DNA of 64,000 bases from Somniosus microcephalus. Lineage: Eukaryota. The stretch lies in contig JBMRGM010000043.1 in assembly GCA_052327205.1 (NCBI GenBank), positions 31,682,001-31,746,000 on the forward strand, in the 5' to 3' direction. Under the pieces are notes generated by a model, which saw only the letters and a program-made list of their open reading frames with translations, made no database searches and had not been told where the DNA came from. Shown here in pieces: positions 1-12,572 of this stretch. The position numbers were made by a program, and so were the translations under genes. Every line of letters begins with the position of its first letter. The first letter of the stretch is position 1.

Positions 1-720
1 GGACCTGTGTGTCCTTGTACCCCAAACACTGAAAGCAAATATGCAGGTACAGCAAGCAGTTAGGAAGGCAAGTGGTATGTTGATATTCATTGCAAGAGGA
101 TTTGAGTACAGGAGCAAGGATGTCTTTCTACAGTTATAGAGGGCCTTGGTGAGACAACACCTGGAGTACTGTGTGCAGTTTTGGTCTCCTTACCTAAGAA
201 AGGATGTACTTGACATAGAGGGAGTGCAGCGAAAGTTCACCAGACTGGTTGCCGGGATGGCAGGACTGTCGTATGAGGACAGACTGGGTCGACTAGGCCT
301 GTGTTCACTACAGTTTAGAAGAATGTGTGGATCTCATTGAAACGGTTAAAATTCTGGCAGGGCTACGCAGACTGGATGCAGGGAGGATGTTTCCCCTGGC
401 TGGCGTGTCTAGAACGAGGGGTCACAGTCTCAGGATACGGGGTAGGAAGTTTAGGACTGAGACGAGGAGAAACGTCTTCACTCATAGGGTGGTGAACCTG
501 TGGAATTCTCTACCACAGAAGGCTGTGGAGGGCGAGTCACTGAATATATTTAAGAAGGGGATAGATAGATTTCTAGACACAAAAGGCATCAAGGGGCATG
601 GGGAGAGAGCTGGAATATGTTTGTGAGACGTAGGATCTGCCATGATCATATTGAATGGCAGAGCATGCTCGAAGGGCTGAATGGCCTACTCCTTCTCCTA
701 TTTTTCCATGTTTCTGTGTT
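1..720 (+). mobile_element. CR1 LINE 3' fragment (RT C-terminus and 3' tail)
   Basis: ORFs 146..340 and 327..626 give CR1 ORF2 motifs (HLEYCVQFWSPY, RGHSLRI, FTHRVVNLWNSLP); frameshifted. Confidence 0.92.
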
Positions 721-1036
721 TCTAAGCTGGGTCCGGTGTAAATCACAAAATCCTGATTTGCATGGTGACAGAGGAGTACCGCCAGGAAAAGGCAGGTGCT
801 TCTGCCGCCCAAAGGTCGGCCATTCTAAAAGTTTAAGCAGCCAGGGAGTTTCCGTTTACAACGTGCTGAGGTCGATATCAACGATGTAAAGTCATCACCA
901 ACTCAAAAGATCGATCCATGGGCACCCGATAGGTAGCGCCCATTTTGGACAGCGACTAGAAATTCTCTGTAGTGGATATTGCACAGATTAGTTTCAACAA
1001 TTCTAATCAGAACATTATTTTAATTTCATTCTACAG

Positions 1037-1291
1037 CCCATGTCCCAGAAGTAGTCCTTAGCAATCCGAGCGATGGAATCGTGAAAGAAGGGGAGACATT
1101 TTACCTGCAGTGTCGATACAGAGGCATGAAAACATTGGCTTATTGGTATAAAGATGAGACTTATATTCATTTTAAATATATGTTCTTTGAAAGATATGCA
1201 GATAGTCGCAGTGGAGCGTCTTACCAGTGTTCAGTGCCGCTGCCTTGGTCCTCCTCTGAGAAGAGTAAACCTCTGGATTTAGTCACCATTG
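1037..1291 (+). CDS. Gene A Ig exon 1 (FcR D1-like)
   Basis: ctacag|CC CAT GTC...ATT G|gtaggt; 255 nt, phase 1-1; LQC..WYK..SYQC; paralog of 35841-36092. Confidence 0.88.
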
Positions 1292-2559
1292 GTAGGTAAA
1301 CTTCGACACCAATGATCATAGCTCAGTTTTAGTCGAGAAATGTGTCGCTTATAAAGGGGCCTCACAGTCAAATATAGTACAGGATATCAAGCACATGCAA
1401 TACTGGGATAAAATTGGACCACTGGGCAGAAGTGTATCTTCATCCCTCCTCCTAACAGGGGGACCTCTCGGTTTCCCCAGAGTTGAAATATATGCCGCTA
1501 TTTTGTGCGGTAGTATCAGCCAGTTTCACCTCCCATTTATATCACATTAACTTCAATTGAAATATCGCACAGAGTCTAAATCTACCCAAATTCTTACATG
1601 TTGTTAGGTCAATCAAATGTTATTTATTTCAAGAGAGACCTTAAACCGCTAATTGTGCATGGAACAGCGGCTCTCTAAAACAGCAGATACGAGAAAGCCA
1701 CCGTTAATATCTCCTAGAGTAATTTTAAGACTGTGGTGAAAGCTTAAATTCTATTTCCAAAGTTCAAACTACAAAATCTGTGATCTGCAAACTAGTTTAT
1801 ATTAATAATAATGACATCTGAGAATTGCTGTGTCGCCTTCTGGCTGCGTTGTGTCGCTGGTCTGATATGCAATGACTTCTCCATTTAAACATTACTTCAT
1901 CCTCTGCGAAGTAGGTTGTAGGGTGACCCATCACAGGTTTAAAATCCAACTTTGGTGGAAGCACGTAATGGGCTCTACTCTCTCCAACCCTGTTACAAAT
2001 CAAATGTAAAAGTCATAAAACCGACTGCTGTTTCGTATTCGCTCATTTGCCGCCAATGTGTATTGCAAATTTATACCGGAGTGGGAATAACTTTACCTTT
2101 CATCGCAGGGTGAAATAAACAGGCGAGGTCCAATCAATCGCCATGTTTTAGATTCAGGTGGAGTCGCATTTCTATTTACTTCAGTGTTAAATAAATCGAG
2201 AGTGGTTTGAAACTTATGGCTGCTCCATTACTGCCCTTTGGCCTCTTGGCGGTAAAAGTGAAAAGTAGCTCAAGTGTATCCTCCCGGCGCTCCCCTGGGA
2301 TCAGGATTGGTTGGAAGTGCATCTGCAGACCCGAGGCATGGTGAGAAGTGGAGTGTACATTTATCTTGTGTCTCTCAGAAAACAAATTATTATGAGGTGC
2401 AACGGATGCTTTTATCTAGGTAATAAGCAATGCTAGAAAAATTGTTGATAGGTGACTAACTAGGGGCGCTCCTTGAGCACTGCCACAAGTTTATTGTATG
2501 TGCAGTGCAAAAACCCTTTACATACATAAATGGGGTTCCCTTCCGCACACCTGGCGAAG

Positions 2560-2780
2560 TTACAGCGGAGGAGCGAAGGCAGGAAATTGCCCTGTGTTTC
2601 CACAAAAGGTAATGGGACAATGAGCAGCTAATTTGTTTGGTCTTGCTGGACGAACGAGCAATACCCCAGGACACTGGAACGACTTCTTCGTCTTGGCGTC
2701 GTTCAATGGGATTTTTAACTGATATCAGAAGCACCTGAACAGGTGAAAGCGGCCACGGTTTTAATATCTTGATTCCACAA
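2560..2780 (-). mobile_element. Degenerate Deu-domain SINE fragment
   Basis: Reverse-complement resemblance to the core of the SINEs at 24220 and 29309; boundaries approximate. Confidence 0.4.
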
Positions 2781-3107
2781 CATTTACAAATACCAGACGT
2801 TTATTTAGAGAGGGCTGGGCATCTGCCTGGCTGTTGAATCGATCCTCGCCATTGAACTTCGTTGATGAAACCTTGAAGGGCAATATGAGCAGTGATAGCT
2901 CAGCATTAGAAAGGGAACGGTCACTCTCTGAACCAATAAACATTAGTTTGGCTTTTCAGGTCTTAAAATTACTTTTAGTTACTGAGGTGATACCGATTGC
3001 TCTGGATATTGAGCTGCACTTTCAAGCCAATGTTTTTTAACATTGAAGAATGGTGCTTTAACATATTTTAATTTGTATTTCGTTCATATGTTTCACTTTT
3101 TTTGCAG

Positions 3108-3374
3108 CTTCTGATATGAATTTAACTCTGGAAGTGAATCCAACATCCGCACTGTCATGTGACAGTATTATCCTCAAATGTTTGATGCCTTCCTGGAAAT
3201 GGAGAGAAGGTTTTCCCTTCCTGTGGTATCGAGATAAACAGTTAATAGCAGAAACTGACGAATCTCAGTACACCATAGAAAACGCAAAAGAGTCAGATAC
3301 GGCACCATATCGGTGTGAACTCAAAATACGTTACAGGAAGTGGATCTCCCCGGATGTAACCATCACCATAAAAA
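3108..3374 (+). CDS. Gene A Ig exon 2 (D2a type)
   Basis: tttgcag|CT TCT GAT ATG...AAA A|gttggt; 267 nt; LKC..FLWYRD..DTAPYRC; paralog of 37090-37350. Confidence 0.88.
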
Positions 3375-3464
3375 GTTGGTCACTGCTTTTCTTTTTCATT
3401 TTCTTTATTTGATCTGGTAATGAGCTGTTGAAGGATGTGAAGTATTCTAAGAATCCTTGGCCTA

Positions 3465-3770
3465 TATATGACTGCACAACCACAGAAATGTGGTTGACTC
3501 TTAATCCCCTCTGAAATGGCCTGGCAAGCTACTAAGTTTTATCAAAGCACGAGAAAAAACTGTAAGATTAAAACTTGGAGGAACACCTGGCATTGAACTA
3601 GGCATCATATTCGGACACAGATAAGACACACAGTCAACCCTGCAAAGCCCTCCTCCCTAACATCTGGGGACTTCTGCAAAAATTGGGACAGCTGTCCCAC
3701 AGACCAGTCAAGCAATAGCCTGTCATAGTGATGATCACAGAATCATACCTTCCAACCAATGTGGTGGCTG
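3465..3770 (+). mobile_element. LINE-related fragment (5'/endonuclease-start region)
   Basis: aatgtggttgactcttaa..ctgaaatggcc also occurs near 60780; followed by an eroded endonuclease-like stretch. Confidence 0.5.
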
Positions 3771-4162
3771 GGTGGTGACAGAGTGATGTAACTGTGAATA
3801 TTTGCAGAATTCACAGTGATCATAGTAGATGTTGAGACACAGCAGGGAATAGCGAAAAGAGCAAAGTTCTATTGAAGGATTCATACTTGAATAAGTCTTG
3901 CACAGCGTGGAGTTCCTGTATCAGCAGAATATATTAAGCAGATTAAGTTCTCCGCAAACAAAGCAGCGAGTGCAAATCCATAACAATATAGTAATGCTGC
4001 CTACTGGAGTGTTCCACAATACAGCTGCTGGTTACCATTTAGTACAGTCGCACCTCGTGGTGGTTCTTGGTATATCCTTGCTCTTGTTATCAATAATCTC
4101 TGCTATTTGTTTAACTATATGAGATGAATTCTTACCTCCCAATCCATATTCTGTTTTCACCG

Positions 4163-4440
4163 AACTCTTCTCCAAACCTAAACTGAGGACTGAGCCTACA
4201 GTTAAAATATTTGAGGTAGATCAGTTAAAATTCATTTTTTTTATTGAAACAATGCTGTTCAATATTAGGCTTCAATACACATTTCACAAAAATGGCAAAG
4301 CTCTGCAGTTGAATTCATACATCAACTCTAAGCACATGGGGGCAGCTTCTTTGAAGGGCTCGGTGACTTAGCCTTGTTGAGCAAATGCTTTCTACCACCG
4401 TGATAACAACAGAGTGATGAGGTTTCCATTACGGTAGAAG
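4163..4440 (+). pseudogene. Dead D3a-type Ig exon inside gene A
   Basis: Homolog of 40236 and 46307, but acceptor cacag>caccg, first Cys TGT>TTT, and in-frame TAG/TGA near 4368-4380. Confidence 0.88.
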
Positions 4441-4995
4441 GTAAATAGAACCAGCTGTAATTACTGTTCATCTTTCATTTAAAGAATTCTTCAGGGGATT
4501 ATAGATAAATAAATATACGGGAGGGATCCAATGTGGAAAAAGATTTACTCCCAGCTTTATCACATAATAAATCAATTTTGGATGTGATCTGTTTAAATCA
4601 AAGCGCCACCTGGTTCTATATAAAATCCATACATTTACTGAAACCCACACTTGTAATAGCTGCAACGTTTGAAGACCAGTGTCCACTCCCAGTGGCTAAT
4701 ATTAGCTTCCTGCAATAGTGTCGAATGGGCGATACTGAATTTGCCTCCCATTATATGTCCCTCCCGTGTTTGCGTCGCATCATTATCATTGGACAGGAAC
4801 ATCGTGCGTGGTGTACAATTGGTGCAAGATTCGATACCATGCGTTTTACACCATGGATCCAAGGTCAAGTTACCTCCTCTGTGTCTGTCTGACTGAATCA
4901 GCAACGAGCAGAACCTGGTCAGGAACAGCACGGTGTTTAATCAGACAGTGCCTTACCACTTACTAGTCCCGGCAATCGTTGCTAGCTGAAATCTC

Positions 4996-5129
4996 GGTGC
5001 TAAAATTTAACTTGGAGAGTGCAGTAGATAATTGGCAGACAAGGAAATCGAATTTCACCTGTGTGTAGATAGTATGGCCAATGAGCTACTACCGGTTTTG
5101 CACCCCAGACAAACTTGAATTTCCACCCC
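4996..5129. mobile_element. Short MITE-like hairpin element (copies near 41058-41192 and 47139-47272)
   Basis: Terminal inverted repeats of type ggggtaaaatttaa ... ttgaattttcacccc. Confidence 0.5.
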
Positions 5130-5775
5130 TCCAATTTCAGTAGAGGGGGATGACGGGGTGGCAAAACGCCGGAGGCTATTGAAGGCTGAGCCCCTGATGT
5201 CCGGCCTCTCGATTGCGTTCAGTTAGAATCTGCCAATCATAACTCTATCTTTACATTTTAAAAGGAGCAGGCAATCAGAACACCAAGTGGGTGTTATCGA
5301 TCCTGTGTCATCAGTGCATTTTCAAAGAATTGCATTGTCCATAGCTGAGCGTTTAACATGAATGTCCTAAAATGTGAAGGTGCTGCAACAATGACCAATG
5401 AGGTTTCAGTATTTAAGACTTGGGCATAAAGCATCGCCTGGGCGGAGAGCAGAGTCCAAAATCTGAGTGGGGGGAATGGGGTGGGCTGAAGAGGGATAAT
5501 CTCACAGGACCCGCAGGGTGTTTCCTCCATTCATTTTAACGGAAGGGTTAACTTCTCCCCAAATCTAGCCACGAGAGTATGTTCAGATGTCGGTGTTCCA
5601 AAGTGCATCTTCCTATAAACAGAGTGCAACCAAGGATTATTGAACGGCTCTTTCTTTGAACCGCTGTCAGCATTTCATTGCTCTGATCATTAACTTGTGT
5701 TATCCAAACAAATACTTTCATAAATCTTTGAGAGATGCTTCAGCTGGTAAATCTATTTTTTACTCTATTTTATAG

Positions 5776-6054
5776 AGCTCTTCTCCAAACCTACATTGAG
5801 GGCTGATTCTGAAGCTCAAATATTTGAGGGCCAACAGTTAAATCTCGCATGTTTGGTTGAAATATTTTGCTCCAATTCGTCTTTGAGATATGTATTTTTC
5901 AAAAATGAACAAGCTCTCAATTCAGCGGCAGACCACAACTATTACATCAAGGAGACATCACTGCTGGACGATTCGGGGATTTACCAGTGTGAAGCAAGTA
6001 CTTTGAACAGTGAGGTGAAGAAACTGAGTAATCAGGTTTCTGTTTCAGTCAGAC
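5776..6054 (+). CDS. Gene A Ig exon 3 (FcgRI/FCRL D3-like, D3b type)
   Basis: tatag|AG CTC TTC TCC AAA CCT...AGA C|gtgagt; 279 nt; ELFSKP..EG..LAC..YVFFKN..DDSGIYQCEA..KKLS. Confidence 0.9.
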
Positions 6055-6933
6055 GTGAGTACAATTTACTGTTAGAATTTAGCATCTTTCATCCACAAAA
6101 TTCCCAGCAGGTTCGCACACGGGGATTGATCCGTGAAGTAAGGGCCTTACCTATATGTTCAACATGCACTGAATACATAAATAACTAAATTATTGTCGCA
6201 TAGACAACAGGGGAAAGGAAATAATAGCATGTTTATACAACACATTCGTGAGGCCACAGATACTGTGTCCAATGTCCTGCCTTCCATTTTAAAGAGAACA
6301 GTAAAATCACAGAAAACGGGCAGCGTTGATTCACCAGATGACGCCAGGGATGGAAAACTTTATTCACCAGAATAGACTTGAGCTACTGGCACGAACACTA
6401 CCGGAGTAGCCATGGCTAAGAGTTATTTCATTACTGTTTATTACATGATAAGACCGAGATAGGGTGATAAGGGAATGGTATTTACTCTGATTGCGAAGAC
6501 AGGAAGGAGGGATCATTGATGTATAATTATCAATATAAGCGGGAGGATAGCTTAGAAGAACGTTCTTTATTCGAGGATTGCTGGAACAAAGAATGATTGG
6601 CCAAGTGGAGCAGTGGAGTTAGATGCAATTGCATTTAGGTAGATAGTGTTTATGGTACTGGAATAGTGCAGAGTTAGTAGGAATCAGTACCAGGCCAGAG
6701 ATAGTAGGGTGGCCACTAGTGGATTGCAATAGGAATCATTGCAGTTCCAGAATCAGTTTTTCCTCTATTAATTCCACTGACTGCTGAAGTAGGAGAGGGG
6801 CACGGGCGCCCAAGATTGGAGTGGTAACCTAAATGACGAGGCTCTTTATTTTGATGAGAGCCCTATTTCACTTTGAAAGTAATACTACAAATTCCACAAA
6901 AGCAATGTAATTGACAAATGGTTATATTTACAG

Positions 6934-7221
6934 GAATCCCAGTGTCCAAACCGGAACTGGCAATCAGCCCTGGTAAAGAGTTACTGGAAGGCGACACAGC
7001 ATCGTTAACCTGCTCAGTGTTCAACGGTTCTACCCCGATTACCTACATATTCTACAAAGGCCCAAATAAAGAACTCTTCCGAGAGGAGTCCAACCTAACC
7101 GAAATTACTTACCAAATCGGTAAAGTCAACCAAAGCACCCAAGGGGATTATATTTGTGGTGTTTCAAACGAAGCGACCAGACGTCCTCTACACAGCGATT
7201 TTGTTACGGTTGCAGTGCTAG
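6934..7221 (+). CDS. Gene A Ig exon 4 (FCRL D5-like, membrane-proximal)
   Basis: tacag|GA ATC CCA GTG...CTA G|gtgagt; 288 nt; PVSKPEL..LTCSVFNGSTPITYIFYK..GDYICGVSN. Confidence 0.9.
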
Positions 7222-7729
7222 GTGAGTTATTATAAATACCTCTGAGGCAGAACGAAACAAGTGACTCAGTGAGAACAGTCCGGGAATCACTGCTTTTGCC
7301 AATAGCTTGGACGTTGTAACATCTTCTTTGACATTCTTCTGTGTGAAGTGAGGCACTGCGCCATTTACATTAAACAGGTGAATGCCTAAAAAGAACAAGA
7401 ATGTCATCTGATTGCATCAAGTATTGGTCTACAAACTGCAACTGTTAGTTGTAGATTTAAAACGGCTGATCAGTCTGTTTAATTGACAAATTGAGAGAAG
7501 TTATACGGAGAGGTTAATGACGACTCAAATCTTAATACCATCGGCAGTAATTTTTGGGCTATAAATTTTAGAACATCATCTCTTAACCGTAGCTGCTAAT
7601 ACTTTTGTATTTGTATATGGGATTGGGCGTCGCTGGCAACATTTGCTTTAATTGGCCATCCCTAATTGCCCTTGAGAAGGTAGTGGTGAGCCACCTTCTT
7701 GAACCGCTGCAGTCCACGTGGTGATCATC

Positions 7730-8197
7730 CAAATTCAGTACCCTGTCCCTGCTTTCTACCCACATCCCTTGATCCTGTTAGCCTTAAGCAACATATCTAA
7801 CTCCTTCTTGAAAATAATTAATGAATTGGCCTCAACTTCCTTTTGTGGTAGAGAATTCCACAGGTTCTCCACTCTCTGGGTGAAGAAATTCCTCCTCATC
7901 TCTGTTCTAAATGGCTTACCCCTTATCCTTAGACTGTGACCCCTGGTTCTGGACTCCCCGACTATCGGGAACATCCTTCCTGCATCTAATCTGTCGAGTC
8001 CTTTTAGAATTTTATACGTTTTATTGAGATCCCCTCTCATTCTTCAAAACTCCAGTGAATATAAGCCCAATTGACCCAATCACTCCTCATACGGCATTCC
8101 TGTCATCCCAGGTATCAGTCCAGTTAATCAGCGCTGTACTCCCTCCATGGCGAGAACATCCTTCCTCAGATAAGGAGAACATCCTTCCTCAGATAAG
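7730..8197 (-). mobile_element. 5'-truncated CR1 LINE
   Basis: ORF 7756..8040 (MRGDL..RGHSLRIRGKPF..NLWNSLP); 23-nt tandem duplication at the truncation end. Confidence 0.92.
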
Positions 8198-8200
8198 TTA

Positions 8201-8387
8201 CTTGAGGGCCAACAGTTAAAACTCGCCTGTTTGGTTGAAATATTTCGCTCCAGTTCAGCGGCAGACCACAACTATTACATTAAGGAAACATCACGGCCTG
8301 ACGATTCGGGGACTTACCTTGGTAAAGCAACTACTTTGCACAGCGAGGTGAAGAAACTGAACAATCAGGTTTCAGTTTCAGTCAGAC
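8201..8387 (+). pseudogene. Truncated duplicate of the D3b exon
   Basis: Matches 5822-6054 with no acceptor or 5' part, an internal deletion, and the second Cys lost (GTYLGKAT); donor and about 120 nt of downstream intron retained. Confidence 0.85.
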
Positions 8388-8580
8388 GTGAGTACAATTT
8401 ACTGCAATTATCTATCATCTTTCATCCACTAAATTACCAACACATGCACACAATGGGATTCTTCATTCTGGCACAGGGCTTATCTATATGTTTAAGATGC
8501 ACTGTATAAATAAATGAATATATCCGTACATACTTGAAACCGTATTATGTTATTCATGGGATATGTTTATTTTATTCCAG

Positions 8581-8682
8581 TGCAGATTCACACAACCGCG
8601 ATCAGAGCCTCAGTTTTTACACTTTTTCTTGTTGCTGCCCTGATTGCACTGGTACTCGTCAATCGTCCCAACAAGAAACAAG
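8581..8682 (+). CDS. Gene A transmembrane exon with Arg (VQIHTTAIRASVFTLFLVAALIALVLVNRPNKKQ)
   Basis: ttccag|TG CAG ATT...CAA G|gtgagt; 102 nt, phase 1-1; AGA at 8604-8606; paralog of 50884-50985. Not in the ORF track. Confidence 0.87.
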
Positions 8683-9206
8683 GTGAGTCATGTTTTACAG
8701 GCAGGTGATTGGCTCTATAGTCACGTGAAGGGCTTCAGTGTATTCTATATTCAGTTGCGACATTCAAAATGCAACCATATTATTTGGGCAAAAGAGGGAT
8801 AGTCTGGGCTGGAAAAAGAAAAATGTTATTTGAAATGACGATCTCAGAACAGACAGGAGCTTAAGACTGGGGCGAATTTGCCCAGTTAAGTGTTTTTATT
8901 TCCCTTTGTGCTGTTCAGAATTGATATGCATGTGGCCGAGGGGTAGAACAATAAGTGGCAGCATCATTCGTGGTTAGTGTGAGGAGACGATGCATCCTAA
9001 AGGATTTGTAACGCGGTATATGGTAATATCTTACATGTTTCTGTATATCTTTTCTGTATTGATTCTGTATTAATAAGTCATTTAATGCACGTTTGTAAAA
9101 GTTTAGATTTAATGTGAATGAATACGTTTGCAGTTAAACAAATCCACCTGTACAGCAATATTTATTGTACAACTTGCTGAAGTAGGTCTCTTCCTGTTTT
9201 ATCCAG

Positions 9207-9237
9207 AAAATTCTTCAAGAATTTCACAATCGTTTGG
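9207..9237 (+). CDS. Gene A cytoplasmic mini-exon 1 (ENSSRISQSFG)
   Basis: atccag|...GG|gtaagt; 31 nt, same length and phase as 51513-51543. Confidence 0.8.
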
Positions 9238-10149
9238 GTAAGTCCACGCAATTTTTAGCTGAATAAGCCATAGCTATATCCCTGAATATACTCAGTCTCT
9301 GTATAGCTGAACTAAACGCGGTAAATGCTTGTGCGGTAGATTTTATCAATTGCATTGAACTTTAATCTGGCATTACGGATCAGCCTCCTGTTATAGAAAA
9401 CACCATATTTTAATTTAATTTGAGTTGAATGGGATTGAAAAACATGTGGTTTCTACAACGCGTGTCTGTTCTGCTACACCACTTTTTATTCCGGGCACCG
9501 AGTTGGAAAATCTGCCCCATTGACGATAAGCCTTTACTGTAGCTCGCACTCAAACGATTACACTCCCTGCAGTCTATAAGGAGTGATCATTTTCTAAGTT
9601 ATGTCAGTTGTACCTGAACTTCCTAACTTAAACAGAGTGAAATTCGCCCTGCGTGGCACAGTAAAAGGGGTGATTACAAATCGTTTTACAGTCCGCAGAT
9701 TAGATTCCAGTGACTTGTAAACAAATATTGGGCGGAGTGTAAAAACTGTTGGAGTTTCGTTTAACCCTGCTCTCCACCACCGCCCAAGAAGAAATTATAC
9801 CCCAAACTCTTCAATCACTCAGTGAGCTGGACTATTCTTTAATCCTCCAATTTAATCCTCATGTAAATCACAGGGACCTGAAGCATTCTAGGATTTGGTG
9901 TGCAGGGCGATTGCGCATGTAGTTAATTTTAGTAACATTCACACACTGACTATCTCAGGCAGTGGTCCATTTAACTGAACAAGCTTTTCTGGATACAGTT
10001 CTACTATTGATCAGCTTGAACAGTGTTTGTTGGCTTGGAATATCTAGTCCCCTTGTGAATCCAGTCGCTGTTTATTTTCCGACTCCCCTATGCTGGACAT
10101 CATTCCACATGTGTTTTAACCTCTGACTGAATGTTGCTTGAACTTTCGA

Positions 10150-11470
10150 TACGCTTGTGTGGCCCTCAATTTGAAACTGTGGCACTCTTCTAGAGCTTCG
10201 GTATGGAAGCACATCTCTATACGCATTACCCAATCCTTTCATAACCATAAATAATAATTTTTAAAACTTCTCCATCTTCTTTCAAGATTGATTTTTTTTT
10301 AAATTACTCCAACTCCTTTCAAGGCTTTATCTCCCTGGTTTTGTAACTAATCTAGTGACCCAGCCTTTATATTCAACAAGCGTCTAGTATGTTTCTCTTA
10401 TTAAAAAGATATCAACATTGTATTCACTGCGCCAGATGTGGGACATCTGCTGGGCAGAGCACAGAAAGGAAGATCTGGTCGGAATGATCTCTTGCTGAAA
10501 GCAGAAACGCTTGATTTCTGTTCCATTAAGTACCGTGAAAGGAAAAGCCTGCATGTTCTGTAAAAGATGTGTTAACCTCTCCACCATATTCTCATCTTTG
10601 CATTCCTTCAACATGATTCTTAACAAACAAATGGCAGGAAAAATCATTGATACCCCATGAACTTGCATCAATACCAATTATACATTTACGGTTATCTTTC
10701 TTGATTTCTGTGGCCCTCAATTTGTAACTGTGGCACTCTTCTTGAGCTTCGGTATTAAAACGCATCTCTAAGCACATTCCACCATCCTGTCATAATCATA
10801 AATAATATTTCAAAAAACTTCTCATTCTTCTTTCAAGACTAATTTTTTCAAAATACTCCAACTCCTTTCATCACTCTGTCCCCTTGGTTTTGGAACTAAT
10901 CTAATGATCCTGCCTTTACATTCATCAAGAGTCTAATATGTTTCTCTTATAAAAATGATATCAACACTGTACTCACTGCGCCAGATGTGGGACATCTGCT
11001 GGGCTGACAGCATAACGTATGTTCAGTTGGAAGGTATCCCTTGCTGAACGCAGAACCGCTTGATATAAACACATATAAAACACATCTGTATGCACATTTC
11101 CCAAAAACCTCTTAATCATAAATAATTATTGCTAAACTTCGCATTATTCTTTCAAGACTGAATTTTATCACAATACTCCAACTCCTTTCAAGGCTCTATC
11201 GCCCTGGTTTTGAATGTAAGCTCGTGACACGCCCTTTATATTCAACAAAAGAATCAATGTTTATTTTATTAAAATGATACCAGCACTGTACTCCCTGCGC
11301 CAGATGTGGGACATCTGCTGGGCAGAACACAGAAAGGAAGCTTGGTTGGGAAGGAGCTCTTGCCGAAAGCAGAACCACTTGCTCCCTGTTCCATTAAGCT
11401 GCGTGCAAGGAAAATCCTGCCTGTTCTGTAAATGATGTGTGAACCTCTCCACCAGGTTCCTCTTTGATTT
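10150..11470. repeat. Intronic tandem triplication, unit about 550 bp, later copies partial
   Basis: ctgcgccagatgtgggacatctgctgggc near 10427, 10976 and 11295; tgtggccctcaatttg near 10158 and 10709. Confidence 0.85.
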
Positions 11471-12572
11471 CCTCCAACGTGATTTTTAGCACAAAAATCA
11501 TAGAAAAAATGTTTTTAACAAAGGACATGCTCCAATACCAACTATAATTTTAAGGTTATCTCCCGTGATTTATAAGTTACACGGTGGTGATATATCTCAA
11601 CATTCTCTACAGTTCCTAATTCACTTTCAACACTGCACCCACTTTTTTTTTTAAACTGATACCCAAATATCAATGATACATTCTTCCTTTTATTTGGTAT
11701 TGAATCCTCCCTTCCATTTAGGACACAATGGGTCAAATTTGCTTTTCCAATGGAGTTGAAAGCAGGTGGTAAGGGATGGCCGGCCAGTTTTACACACAGC
11801 CTACTTTCCATTTCCAAATTCGGCTGGAGTGTAAAACGAGCGGCTGAGCCTTTACCACCCATATTCTGCTGGACGGTAAAAGTGAATATTAACTTCAACT
11901 TTCCAACTTGCCGCTCGGGCATAAACTGCCGTTTCTGGTCAGCCGTCCAATTGAGATTGCGCCCGATTATCCTGTGAAACAATTTCGAAGCTATGAAAAT
12001 CCGGCGAGTGCTGTTTCTTACTGCCCAGCAGTAATGTGGATCATATACCCCCCGCCAGGAGACACTCTTACTACGTTACAATCTTCAACCATAATCAGTA
12101 TAACTTAATTTGGGGCCGCAGCACACAGCGAGCACTAACGAATCTATTGCACATTTTGGACTCGACCGATTTTATTTTCCATAAATTTCAATGGATCAGA
12201 AATGATCTAGAGGATTTCGAAATGGACAGCCGATTCGCTACATTTCGCTTTGCGGTGTCTTCAAGGACCAATTTCTACTGAAGTGAGTCATGATAAGGGA
12301 AATCTGGAAAATACCTGAGGTAATTCAGGATCTGCTGAGAGAATGACGTTAGACCCCTGGGGAGGAAAGTGCCACGGATCGGCAACCTGTCTACCTTGAG
12401 CTTCTTCAACTGGTCCAATGGATGTGGACTTGCAAGTTTAAGGTTATGTCTCTTGTAAACTGCTTGCTTGTTTTTGATATTTATTCTACTATTTCATCTT
12501 ATTTGAAAGTAACATTTCCGTTGTCCACGATTATTGTTAAACTTTAATCTCTGTGAACATTTCCGCACTTAG

